NCBI RefSeq assembly: GCF_009914755.1
Contig: NC_060929.1
Source: the human T2T-CHM13v2.0 reference genome, Homo sapiens
Reading direction: 5' to 3' (one strand)
Length of the DNA: 64,000 nt
Part shown: positions 40,616 through 60,040 of the stretch, piece by piece
Layout: each line of letters starts with the position of its first letter
Numbering within the stretch: position 1 is the first letter of the stretch
The notes under the pieces: model-generated
Told to the model about the DNA's origin: nothing
Database searches by the model: none
What the model saw: only the letters and a program-made list of their open reading frames with translations
Program-made: the position numbers and the translations under genes

Positions 40616-40748
40616 GGAAAGACGAAACCGTGATAGAAAAAGGAAAGAGAAAGAAAGATTGCCACTTAACTCCAGATGGAGCCTAAGCCATCCTCTAGAC
40701 TGCTTTGGGAAATTCTATTTTGTTTTGCTTTGGAAAAAATCACCTGAA

Positions 40749-41078
<330 letters not shown>

Positions 41079-41340
41079 TCAGACGCAGACTGTTGGCTCA
41101 CCTAGAACGTTCTAGCTTTTTCTAGGAACTAAGGCCACAGATGGAAACAAAATCAGGCACTGGAGAAATAGGGGTGATTGGAAGACACTTAAATCTTCAA
41201 CAAGGCTAAAGGGTTAAATCACATTTTTTCAGACCTGTTGGGGTTTGACTGGCTGAGACTTAAAAAGAGAAGCTGGGAACCAGGGAGCCTGCAGCTGGGA
41301 AAGTTTTTCTTCTCGCCTCTCAGCTAAGGGTCTGGCATTT

Positions 41341-41359
41341 CACCTGCTAGATGGCGCTG
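41341..41359 (+). promoter_or_regulatory. Candidate CTCF binding site
   Basis: cacctgctagatggcgctg matches CCRCYAGRKGGCRCT with one mismatch; CpG retained. Confidence 0.5.
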
Positions 41360-42939
41360 TCCTCTAAGGAAAGGCACCAGCTCAGCTTGAATGGGGGCTC
41401 AGTCAAGGAAACAGGGAACAACTAAAGTTGAAAAGAATTGATGGGCGGGAGTAGAGGGGATGGAGGCAGCCCTTTCCCCAGCAGCAACATCTCCTTCTGT
41501 GGTAGTGGCTCTTGTTCTCTTTATAGCTTTTATTTTGCAGTGTGGGAGTTTTGTATACTTCATCTGAAAAGTTACAGGGCCTTTGCTCTGAAGGAAAGTG
41601 AATAAGAAAATGAGCATGTGTGTGTGTGTGCGCACGTGTGTGTTTTGTGTATTATTGTCAGGAGGCAGGGATGGTCATGGAGGTCCCACCCCAAGGCTGC
41701 AACCTACAAATGACACGTCTCAGCCCTGGTCTTTGGCCTTGACTTACACCAGATCAGTGGGAAAAAGAAACAGTAAGTCCTTTCTCTATCCTGCCTGTAG
41801 AACCAGATGCCTGGGACTCTTGGTGGCTTTGCTCTGAAACCTTCTAGCTCAGCTCCATTTAGGGGCAAACTGCATGTAGGCACTGAGACCTCCGTTTCCG
41901 TGCAATTTTATTGTTAGACTGACAGGCTGGCTCCTGGTCTGCATGTGAAATCAGGGACACAGCCTGCAACTACTCCCACTCTATCAGCAGCCAGAAAGAA
42001 GGAAAACAAAGATAAGGGGAGGGGTGATGGGGGGATGGAAACCAGGAGGGGACCCATGAGGGAGGGGAGGGAGGAGCAGAGAGAGGAGACAAGGGACAAA
42101 GAACAGAGGTGAAAGATGAAGGGTGTGGGGAAGGGAGAGTGGGGCAAGGATGACCAGGTGTCCAGAAAGGAAGAAAAGGGCAATGGGGAGAGGCCACTGG
42201 GAAGCAGAGAGGCCGGCAGGCTGGCAGAAGTGGGAAGAAGACACAAGTGAAGGGAGGGGAGGGAGGCTTCCTTAAGCAAACAGGAAGACAGGAGGAAGGG
42301 AAGTCTAGTAATTAGGGAAAAGCTGACCAAAACCCAGAAAGGAGGAGAAGACTACTACAGTAAGGAAGCTGCAGAAAAGCCAGGCAGGAGATAGAGACAA
42401 GGAAGCTTTGAGGCAGGAGGCTCTGGAAACAAGGGAGGCAGAGAGCAGAGCTGAGCTAAGAAAGGAAAAAATCCAGGAGAGGGAACCAGGAAAACAACAC
42501 AAATGAGAGTGAAGGAACAGGGAAAGAGCCATTAAAAGAATGCTTACCTTATAGTCGTAAAAACTGGAATGTGTGTGTTTTGGCCTGCGGCCATTGTCCA
42601 GGAAACACAGTGTGGCTTTTAAGCAAGTTGTGGAGTGGCGGCATCCACATGTTAGTAGCTCGCCCTGGTCTGCTGCTTTGCAATGCAGCTGTGCGGAGCT
42701 GCCCTCTTGTTGGCTGGCAGCCTGGTGCTGGGGACATCTGATGGGGTCTGCTGTTTGGACAGAGGGGCATGCCTGCTCCATTTATGGTGCTCCAAGTTCA
42801 GGCATCAACATCTTTTCCAGGACAAGAGTTGAGATGTGGTCCCTTTGAGGATGTTTCTCGGAGGGACTGTGGTTGAGGTTCTCAGAGGGCAGAGGGGGAG
42901 ACATGGTTAAAGGCCATAGAGGGTGGAGATTTAGGGAAC

Positions 42940-43180
42940 GGCCTCTGGAGTCTGATGGCCACCATTCAGTTCCTCGTTTTATCAATTCACTGCATAAACT
43001 AGCTCATGTCACTTCATCTCTCTAGACCTCTCTGGGCCTCAGCAACTCATCTGTAAAATGGGGTCGCAATCATACCTGTCTCATAGGGTTATGTCTGGTA
43101 AGGCTTAACTGAGATGATCATGTGTCTATCAGAGTGGCTAGCTCATATTAATGCTCACTCAATGTTAGTATGCTTATTGC
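42940..43180 (+). mobile_element. MIR SINE
   Basis: ctctctgggcctcagcaactcatctgtaaaatgggg...ctcatagggtt. Confidence 0.8.
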
Positions 43181-43589
43181 TGTTAGTGTGATGTTAGCAT
43201 ATTAAATGTTAGTAGGATTCTGTGTATGATCATTAAGGACTATATAACTGTATGGGTGTCTGTGTGTGTGTTCTGGGGGACTGGTCCTTAATGCAGACTA
43301 AGGGGCTTAGATTTGAGGATATTTTATCATGAGAATTATCTGTGCAAAGCATTGTTTGGGAAAATAAATCCAGTGGTGACACATGGGCTTCTCTGGGGAG
43401 CAGGGAGACCATTTTGGTGACCAGAGCATGCATGAGAGAGTGGGGTCCTGAACTAGGGGACATGGGTGCTAAAAAAGATTTAAAGGGCATTTTGAGAGAC
43501 ACCCCAAATCCAAAGAACTTTATGATTGGATGGGTAGGTGGTAGGAGAGGGAAATTTGACTCCAAGGTTTTGAGACCAAGAACAGGAGT

Positions 43590-43745
43590 AAGAGGGAGCT
43601 CTCAAGCTAAGAATGATTTTTACACTTTCAAAGGATTGAAATAAGCCAAAAACAGAAACAAAGGTATATGGCAGAACTGGTATGTGGTCTGCAAAACCTA
43701 AACTATTTACTATTCAGCCATTTACCAAGTTACCTCACCCCTGGT
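43590..43745 (+). mobile_element. hAT-Charlie MER58-like fragment
   Basis: agctaagaatgatttttaca...gtggtctgcaaaacctaaactatttactat...acccctg. Confidence 0.7.
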
Positions 43746-43919
43746 CTGGCCCAGGGACTCAAAAGACTCTGCCCCAGAAACAGAGAAGTCTGGAGGGATT
43801 TTTGACAGAGTGTCCCCCAGAAAATCAGAGTGATGGGACTAGCGCTGGAGCAGGATTGTACGAAGAATACATCAGTTTAAGAGTCACCTATTCATCCAAC
43901 AAATAGTTTTTGAGTGTGA

Positions 43920-44150
43920 GCTGGGGAGATAGATCCGCTGTGACTTCTGGCTACTTGTGATGCCGGCCAAGTTATCAACCTCTGTAGGTCTTGGTTTCCC
44001 CACTTGTAAAATCAAGATAATAACAATGCTTACCTCCTGGATTTTTTTTTTCCTGTGGGGGGAGGAGGACTAAGTGCAATATGACATGTAAAGCATTTAA
44101 ACAGTGGCTGTCACACACCTGCAATAAACATGAGCTTTTACTATTATGGA
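43920..44150 (+). mobile_element. MIR SINE
   Basis: aacctctgtaggtcttggtttccccacttgtaaaatcaagataata...atgtaaagcattta. Confidence 0.7.
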
Positions 44151-45854
44151 GGACCTAGAAGCCCAGAACTAGAAATAAACATGGGCATTTGCAAACCTGC
44201 AGTAAAAGACGGATTTGTCCGGGAAATAACAGTAAGCAAATATCAGTTGCCATTATCATCATCATCAATAGGATTACTCCTTTGCTGTTGTTAGAACTTC
44301 GGAGACTTGTCTTGGGATCCCACTGCCCTCATCTGTAAAGCACTTGCTTTATTTAGATTCCTTCCAACTCTGTCTTTTAATATTTTTAAATCAATGTCCT
44401 TCTTCTTCTGCATTTGCCTTCCTCCCTTCTCTCTCTGCAGTTACAGGCAGGCTTAATTCTCTTTGCCATTTCTGACAGCCGAGTCATCTCACCTCCATCC
44501 TCTTAAAAAACCCCAATCTTGTAAGGACTGTGTCTATTTTTCCCCCTCCCCATTCCTGGTGCCTTCGATGCCTTTTGCAGCCCCTCCTCTTCTGGGCCAC
44601 ACTTCCCAACAAAAGGGTGGTTCATTTTTCATGCACTATTAGCCAATGTCACCCTCCCAGGCGTTTGTCCTTATTTCTCTGAGTGTCGGAAGTTCTCCTT
44701 CTTCCCACTAGGACTTTCTGAGAGTGTGGAGTGGGTCCCAGAATTTCTAATCCTCCTGCTGCAACTGAGCCCCTTCCCACACTCAGCTTAAGAAAAAAGA
44801 AAAAGAAAAAAAGAAAAGAAGAAAGGCCCACGCGGAGCGAGGCATGCAGGCCTGGCCCAGTGGCCAGGCTGTGTTGGTGCTGGCCGTGTACTGCACCCTG
44901 CCAGTCCTCGCAGCTTCCTTGAGGGGCCAGGGATGGGAGAGAGATTAGGGCCATCAAGATAAGGCAGAGCATATTCAAACTGGAAGCAAAAAAGGGCTGT
45001 TTTTCCAATAGTAAGTAATCAGGGAACAGGAGGATGTAATTTGCAGATTAGGAAAGTGAACAAAGAACATAAAATTAACTTTATGGCAAAGAGGAGCATG
45101 GTCTGTTTGAAGAAATAAACCTCCATAAAGTATTACTGTTGATAAAATCGGACTGTTGATTTAAACTAAATAGGAAATATGACCAAATCAGCGAGAAGAG
45201 CGGGACTCAGTGGAAGTTGAGGTTGAAACTTCAAGGAGGCATGGAAGGCTGGGATGGGCCTGGGAGAGCTGACCGCTTGGTGTGTGTGTGTGTGTGTGTA
45301 CGTGTGGCCAAAGTGAGGACACCTGTGCCAGGGGCACAGCTAGGAGGGCTGTGCCTTACCAGGATGCCTAAACTGCCTTTGTGTAGGGATTGTCTTTCTT
45401 TTAAAAGTGGCCTTCAATTCTAAGAACTGGTAAAAGGCAAATATGCTATTGCACAGATGCAATCACCCTCTTGCTTTCTCCTCCTATTTTTACTTCTCAA
45501 ATACTCACAAACGCACACCAGAAACACCAGTGACTCTCCCCTCAAACACCAGCACTGACCTGGGTTCCAAAGCAGAAGAGTCCCTGAGAGATGCCTTTGA
45601 TGCCGAGGTGATTGGAGCCAGGCTTCTACCTGCTTTTATCACAGACAGGTTGACCGGATTAGGATAATACCTCCGCAGTGGGCAGTGAGCAATCCGGCTC
45701 TATGCTGTGAGAAATGCTTTATTACCTAAAGCAAAGCCTTCTTGGCCTCACATTGACCGGGATGTGAGACTTTTGTTGTTTCTGTTGTCTTTGACCTGCT
45801 GAGGCCAGACTCTTCCCAAGGATTGAAGTTCAGAGAAGCATCCCTGCCTAGCAG

Positions 45855-46330
45855 TGTGCCTCAGAGTCTTTATTTACCACTCCAGGCATTCTCTCCTCTT
45901 TTTTCCATCTTGCTCTGGGCCCCTGGAAACTGCATCATGGGAATCCCTCACCTTCTGGCTTTCCATAGGGTTCAGCTGATGGGAGGCACCAGTAAAAGAC
46001 CATGGGCACAAGGAGAGGGAGAGGTCTGTGTATTCATTCCCTCCCTGCCAGGTTGTGGCCGGCAGTGGCTTTCTCTACCCAAATTCAGAGCTTCCTTTCA
46101 GCTATAGCTACAGCCCCAGCTACAGTGCTCTCTGGGGTTAGGGCCCCAGTTTTGTCACTTCAGGCATTGGGTAGTCATGGACCCACTGATGCTGCTGCAC
46201 CTTGGATGCTTCACAATCCTTTATTGCTTCCTTTAAATGGGCCTTCGCATCTAAACACTTCCTTTGTTAAACTCTCCTCTAATGCCCCCATTTGAGTGTG
46301 TCTTCCTTGAAGAGTCCTGGTGGATGTAAG
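45855..46330 (+). mobile_element. ERVL solo LTR (LTR33A/LTR41-like)
   Basis: cttctggctttccatagggttcagctgatgggaggcacc...ttaaactctc...tttgagtgtg; subfamily uncertain. Confidence 0.6.
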
Positions 46331-46349
46331 TGATGAGAGCTCCTATGTG

Positions 46350-46740
46350 GAAACCAGAAGGCCTGGGCTGCAGCTGAAGACCTGTCACAAGTTCACCGTG
46401 TGGCCTTGGGCAAGTTGCTTCTCCTTTCTGGACTCAGTTTCTTTACCTGTGAAATGGAGGTGGTGATTAGGTGACTTTTCAGCTGAAACATGCAATGATT
46501 CTGTTTTCACTTGTGGCATAGTGAGCAGAGCTTTGAAAGAAAATAAACATGGATTTGAATCCTGGCTCTGACACTGACTAGGTATGTGACCTTCACCCAG
46601 GTACTTACCCTCTCTGAATCTTGGTTGGCATTATTAGTAAAACAGAGACAATAACCTGTTCCTTGCAAGTTTCAGAAGAGGATTGAATGAAATGACATGT
46701 GTGAAAGCAGCTAGAGCAGTTCCCATAAAACAGGCATCAT
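46350..46740 (+). mobile_element. Two tandem MIRs
   Basis: tgtggccttgggcaagtt...ctcagtttctttacctgtgaaatgg; ggatttgaatcctggctctgacactgactag. Confidence 0.75.
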
Positions 46741-47161
46741 CCAGTCCACTTGGGAGCCTTTCTCTTCTTTGCCGGCTGTCCTGGTGGGAACATGCCAGCA
46801 TGAGGGACGAGAAGTTTGTTGGCTCCAGAGGTTCCCATTTGTCCCATCTCTAATACTGCTTATTTATTTTGCTGACAGCTCAGCCTGCAGACTCCTTTCC
46901 TTTATCCTTTCCAATCTGTTTGGTCCTTGCAGATTTCTCACTGGAGTCATTCCTTTAAAAGGAGAGTGGGATTGTGGTTCACCGAGGGAGAAAGCCAGAA
47001 CATGGTGCTGCGTGGCTGGCCTCCTGTTCTGACCAGCACAGGGGTCTCTTTCAGCTCAGCTCCCTAGGACATTTGATACATTTCAGGGACCTTAACCTTT
47101 CTGCTTTAGGCAGATATCACTTTTATAACAGAGATGGGGCCCAGATTTTTCATGGTAATTA

Positions 47162-47572
<411 letters not shown>

Positions 47573-48475
47573 TTAACACTCTAAAAATATACTTTATATA
47601 CTTTTTGTATATGAAGTGGGACTCTTGAAATTTTTGCTTAAAATTTCAAAATTTAAGTGTGTGACCTGCTGATAGGCCCAGGTGTGGACAAAGTCATGAG
47701 TGAAAGGAAGTTTATCAGTAATATTCTTCCATTCACACTCAGTGTCTTCTTCTTTCATTTCAGCATCTCAGTCTGCAGAGGCTCAACATCTGTAGCTGCC
47801 CATAGTTGGCTAGAGACCCCTTGCAGTGACTTTCAGGGTCAAAGTGGGGACCCACAATTCCGTCCCCATTGAATATAAACATATCTGCCTTATGTCTATC
47901 AGTACCCACTGAATACTCCAAAGTATATCCATCTTCTTCTATCCATCTAGCCATCCTCCTATGCACAAAATGTTGTAGGCTTTCTATAGTAATTTCAGAA
48001 AAAGTATCAGTCACAACTCCAGGCTTAAAAAAAGTAAAGTGTATTTGCATACTCCAAACAAATAAAGATAAAATGTTCTCTCACAATATCAGGGCAAGCC
48101 AGGAACTAAGTGCCCAGTAGTGATAATAGGCATTGTTGAAGTTCACAGAAATCAGAAAGCACAATGTGGCAGATAACAAAGACTGATTTTAGAGAAGAAA
48201 TGGAGAAATTTCTTCAGTCTCCTTTAAGTTCTGAAAAATAATCAGGCCTTAAAGGATGAGTAGGGTTTATGTGCATAGAAAGAAGGAGGAAAGCCTATGA
48301 GAGACGGCATGGGGGATAGGAGAAATGACAAAGGCTAGGAAATAGAAATCTGAAAGTAGACTGGTTTGGCTAAAGTGGAGTGTTTGAGAAAGCAACTAAG
48401 GTACGACTGGAAAGATTGGTTGATGCCAACCTTTCCAGGGAGAAGCATCTAGTAGAAGTATGCAGAATGACTTAG

Positions 48476-48879
<404 letters not shown>

Positions 48880-49014
48880 GGCACTGATTATTATGTCCTA
48901 GTTCTTTCAGAAGTCAAAGGAGACTTAGCCCTTGCTTTGGAGAGAGCTGCTTCTTCATCAAGACCAAATAATTAAGATGAAGAACAAGTGAGTAAACATT
49001 GCAGTTAACTTTTT

Positions 49015-49240
49015 TAAAGAAAATATTTCTGTTGTAAAATTAAACCCAGATATAGAAAACCAAACAAAACAAATATTTAGCTTACTGAATTATTATATAG
49101 TGAATACCATTGTTAACTACCACCTGCATCAAGAAATAGAATTGCTGGCTACCTGTGTAACCCCTTTACATGTCCCAGCCCAACACAATCCCTCCCTTCC
49201 TCTGAAAGTAACCATTATCTTGACTTTTATAGCAATCACT
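49015..49240 (-). mobile_element. Old L1MC-type 3' end, left piece of the host of the UNG retrocopy
   Basis: Continues colinearly at 56213; the same junction is uninterrupted in the paralogous copy at about 10440. Confidence 0.7.
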
Positions 49241-49267
49241 TTTTTTGTTTTTAAATGTTAACAGTCT

Positions 49268-49273
49268 TTTATT
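49268..49273 (-). terminator. Polyadenylation signal AATAAA of the UNG retrocopy
   Basis: tttatt on the + strand, about 15 nt upstream (in retrocopy sense) of the A-rich tail. Confidence 0.75.
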
Positions 49274-49390
49274 ACCAAACCCCATGCAACTGGGTAACTC
49301 TAACCCAGCTAAGAGCAAAAACGGCATTGCTAACAAGATCAAGGATGGAGGGGTAGACCCAATAAAGACGGTCTCTTAAAACAAGGATTG

Positions 49391-49873
49391 CGGGACATTA
49401 TCCAGGAGAACTTCCCCAATCTAGCAAGGCAGGCCAACATTCAGATTCAGGAAATACAGAGAACGCCACAAAGATACTCCTCGAGAAGAGCAACTCCAAG
49501 ACACATAATTGTCAGATTCACCAAAGTTGAAATGAAGGAAAAAATGTTAAGGGCAGCCAGAGAGAAAGGTCGGGTTACCCACAAAGGGAAGCCTATCAGA
49601 CTAACAGCAGATCTCTCGGCAGAAACTCTACAAGCCAGAAGAGAGTGGGGGCCAATATTCAACATTCTTAAAGAAAAGAATTTTCAACCCAGAATTTCAT
49701 ATCCAGCCAAACTAAGCTTCATAAGTGAAGGAGAAATAAAATACTTTACAGACAAGCAAATGCTGAGAGATTTTGTCACCACCAGGCCTGCCCTAAAAGA
49801 GCTCCTGAAGGAAGCACTAAACACAGAAAGGAACAACCAGTACCAGCCACTGCAAAATCATGCCAAATTGTAA
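49391..49873 (+). pseudogene. L1 ORF1p C-terminal remnant
   Basis: DIIQENFPNLARQANIQIQEIQRTP...YPAKLSFISEGEIKYF...QNHAKL; N-terminus and promoter absent. Confidence 0.95.
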
Positions 49874-49921
49874 AGACCATCGAGGCTAGAAAGAAACTGC
49901 ATCAACTAAGGAGCAAAATAA

Positions 49922-53763
<3,842 letters not shown>

Positions 53764-54341
53764 ACAATGAGAACACATGGACACAGGAAGGGGAACATCA
53801 CACTGTGGACTGTTGTGTGTGGGGGGAGGAGGGAGAGATAGCTTTAGGAGATATACCTAATGCTAAATGACGAGTTAATGGGTGCAGCACACCAGCATGG
53901 CATATGTATACATATGTAACTAACCTGTACATTGTGCACATGTACCCTAAAACTTAAAATGTAATAATAATTTAAAAAAAACAAGGATTGGGAAAAATAT
54001 ATATATATCTGCATAAGTATTTTTTAAAAACTAAAACTTTCCAGTGTGGCAGAAAAAATATCCCAAAGTGATTTCAATTCATTAAAATCAGCATTTGGCA
54101 GCTTGTGCTGCCTTAGAAATCCAAATTCAGGATAACTCTAGCAGAAAATCATCCCCTCCCATTAAAAAATTCCTGTTTTTCCTCTTCCTTGTTTAAATTT
54201 CACTGTGTATTCCACAAAACACCTGAAGAATAACAACAAGAGCCAGCTCACTTCTCTCAGCCCCCGTCTGTCTGTTCAGGCTCACACCAAATATCCCTTA
54301 GAAACCTTCACCTCTGCTACAATCAGGAAATTGGGCCCTAA

Positions 54342-54784
<443 letters not shown>

Positions 54785-55214
54785 AGAAAAGGGGACCTTT
54801 CTAAGCAAACATGCCCAAATACCTTGTAACTGAAAGTCTAACCAGGCAAAACTAGGGAGCAGCTGTCCCTAAAGGTGTACATCTCCCCACTTCAGCCATA
54901 CAGGTAAAGGAGGTAAAGAGAGCCAAGTGAATATTTGACCTCATCTGTCTTCTGAGAAATGTGTGTATTTTGGGCCAAAGCTGTGTTGCAGAGAAAGTCA
55001 TTTGGTCAAGTGATAGCCTTTGCTGTGTCTGCCTGGACAAAGCGGCCATTCCTGGGCAGCCTGTTTCATGGCTGCTTTACAGAAGCTTTCCACCCTCATG
55101 CAGAATACTTAAAATCAACAGGGAAATTTTCAATTCGACTTCATACCTGACAAATACTTTAACAGCAGTTTCTCAATAACCGTTAATGGAGACAGACTAC
55201 CTCTCAGTTGAGGA

Positions 55215-56152
55215 TCACAGCTCCTTCCGGTCAGTAGGCTTCTTGCCTGACTTCTGCAGCAGCTCATTGGTCTTAGAAAAGTGTCTACATCCAAAGAAAC
55301 CACTATACGCTGACAACAGGGAGGAATGAGACGTTTGCAGTACATGGTGCCGCTTCCTCTCCATGGCACTGTCCTCTCCTGAGCATAAGAACCCCAGAGC
55401 AAGAAAGCAAGGCCATTGGAGTTCTGGCTTAGCCAGGACACAGTTGCATTAGCAGAGATTGCTCCCAGCCTCTCTCCTCATGAGAATTGGCTTGATGGGC
55501 TGGAACAGTGAGGACAGCGTTGAGTAAAACACCTTGTTTGACCCACCCAGATACATCTCCATGGCTGGGATGAACAAAGCCATCTATGTCTGTAGACAGC
55601 TCTTTATAAATGTTTTCCAAACTGGGCAGAGGTGGAACAGGTCTTTGAAGACTAAAGCAGACCCCACGAGCTTGATGGGGGGTCCATGATATGGATCCTG
55701 TCTTGGAATGACATCCTTCACATCTCTTATGTCACACATCTAGGTCCAGGTGAATATTTGGTGTGGGAGAGGATAAACAGTGTAATCCTTGCTTTCTACT
55801 GCAACAAATCACATGAGCTTTATAAAATATGGTTTCCCAAATTCTCTGCTGAGATGCTTCTTCCAAATCTCACCAAAGCCCACGACCATGTTGTAGGTGT
55901 GAGTCTGAGCAGGGCTGTGGCCATGTTTCTCTGGACACAGATTAACTGCTCTGCTTGGTGGTGAGGAGGGCAGTGTCCCAGGTTCACCTTGCCAAGCCTG
56001 GTCCTTCTTGGCAGGGCTGGCTACCACATGCCCACTATCCTCAGCTATGGCAGCCACACTGGTCCCCAGGTCAGTGGACTTGGGACTCTGGGCATGTCAC
56101 TTCCTGGGAGGCTAGGGGAGAAGAAGAAGTAGAAAGCCTTCTGGCTGATCTC
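55215..56152 (-). pseudogene. UNG: Disabled UNG coding region of the retrocopy
   Basis: Start ATG lost (GAG at 56150-56152), premature TGA 55809-55811, frameshifts near 55680, 55455 and 55375, native stop TGA at 55215-55217 after DRKEL. Confidence 0.95.
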
Positions 56153-56212
56153 ACTGGAGCCCAGGAGGGGACCCATGAGTCTCATCCTGGCTGTGGCAGT
56201 CAGCAGTTGGCC

Positions 56213-58430
<2,218 letters not shown>

Positions 58431-59064
58431 GTTCCAGTTGTTTCACTTTTTTGATAATTCATCAGAGGATCTGAGCAAAATGTAAGCCTATTTTAAAACT
58501 GATTTATAATTTGGGGTAGTGATTGAGAGTGGTTTTTAACTATTATTTTCATTTTATTGGGGACCACTAGAGAAGTGGAACTAAAATCCCCAATGAACAG
58601 TATGCATTTACGGTACAACAGCAGGCCACTAGAAAAGACAGCTTGTTGCCTCTGAGATCATACAGTCTAAAAATCTAAGACTGGCACTGGAGGTAAAAGC
58701 TTCCTACTTTTATGGGATTAGAAATCTTTTCTTTGCTCTTTCTAATTACTAAAACTTATTAGAGACAGAAAATCTAACTCTCATCAAGCATCTCAATTGA
58801 GGGAGATTTTATTTATTGGTTTTACCATAATACCTAAAGTAGTGAGGATGAGGATGGCTTTCTAGGCAGGGGAAATGATATGAGCAAGTGCCTGGAAGGC
58901 AGTCAGAGGAAAACATGCCTTGTGGCTTAATGGAATACTTTTTAATGGAAAGGAGATAAAATAGTTATCTCCAAATATCCTAAGTTCTTTGTGGTTCAAA
59001 GTAAAACCATTCGTAATAATAGTGTAAGTTGCTGAACTCAGTGACCTGCACTCTTATTTCTGAA

Positions 59065-60040
59065 GTATATTAGTTTTCTGATGCTGCTATAATGAATTAC
59101 CACAAATTTAGTGGCTTAAAACAATACAGATTTCTTCTCTTACAATACAGGTCAGAAGTCCAAAATGGGTTTTCCTGGGCTAGCTAGAATCAAAGTGTTG
59201 GCAGGGTTCCCTCTGAGATTCTGGGAATAGAACTTGTTTTCTTGTCCTTTTCGGTTTCTAGTGGCCATCTGTATGTCTTTGCTTATGGCCCCTTCCTCCG
59301 TCTTCAAATTTTATCACTCCAGTCTCTACCTCCATCACCACGTCACCTCCTTTCTGTAGTCATAACTCCACCTGTATTTCCCTTAGAAGGATACTTATGA
59401 TTACATGTAAGGTCTACCTAGATAATCCAGGATAATCTTTCATCTCAATGTCTTAATTTTTTTAAATTTATTTTTAGATTCAAGGATACATGTGTAGGTT
59501 TGTTACATGGGTATATTGTGTGATGCTGAGGAGAAGCTTCTAATGATCCTGTCACTCAAGCAGTGAAGATAGTACCTGATAGGTAGTTTTTCAAACCTTT
59601 CCCCAGCTCCCTCCTTCCCCACTTCTGGAGCCCCCACTGTCTACTGTTCCCATCTTTGTGTCCATATGTATCCAGTGTTTAGCTGTCACGTATTAGTGAG
59701 AACAGGCTGTATTTGATTTTCTGTTTCTGCGTTAATTCTCTCAGGATAATGGCCTCTAGCAGCATCCATGTTGCTGCAAAGGACATAATTTCATTCTTTT
59801 TTATGGCTGCATAGTATTCCATGGTGTACATATACCACATTTTCTTTATCCAATCCACCATTGATGGGCAGCTGGGTTTATTCCATGTCTTTGCTATTGT
59901 GAATAGTGCTGTGATAAACATACACCATCTCAAAATCTTTAGTCACACCTGCAAAATCCTTTTTGCCATAAAGCAAGATTCACAGGTTCTGGGGATTAGG
60001 ACCTGGATATCTTTAGAGATCACTATTTAGGCCTACCACA
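59065..60040 (-). mobile_element. MaLR solo LTR (MLT1C/D-like) split by an L1
   Basis: gctgctataatgaattaccacaaatttagtggcttaaaacaa; resumes at 59926 and ends cctaccaca. Confidence 0.85.
59455..59924 (-). mobile_element. L1PA15/16-like 3' end
   Basis: tacatgtgtaggtttgttacatgggtatattgtgtgatgctgagg; ORF 59679-59933 is ORF2 C-terminal text; TSD catctcaaWRtctt at 59441-59454 and 59926-59939. Confidence 0.9.

Noticed and set aside
41914-42781. 138-aa and 158-aa minus-strand ORFs
   Set aside because: Leu/Ser/Pro-rich artefacts of the purine skew; no homology recognised
44400-44450. Long polypyrimidine tract ending ctgcag (acceptor-like)
   Set aside because: Isolated signal with no supporting exon structure
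55130-56057. Functional UNG retrogene
   Set aside because: Lost ATG, premature TGA, at least three frameshifts, GQDPYH changed to RQDPYH and HPSPLS to HSSLLS
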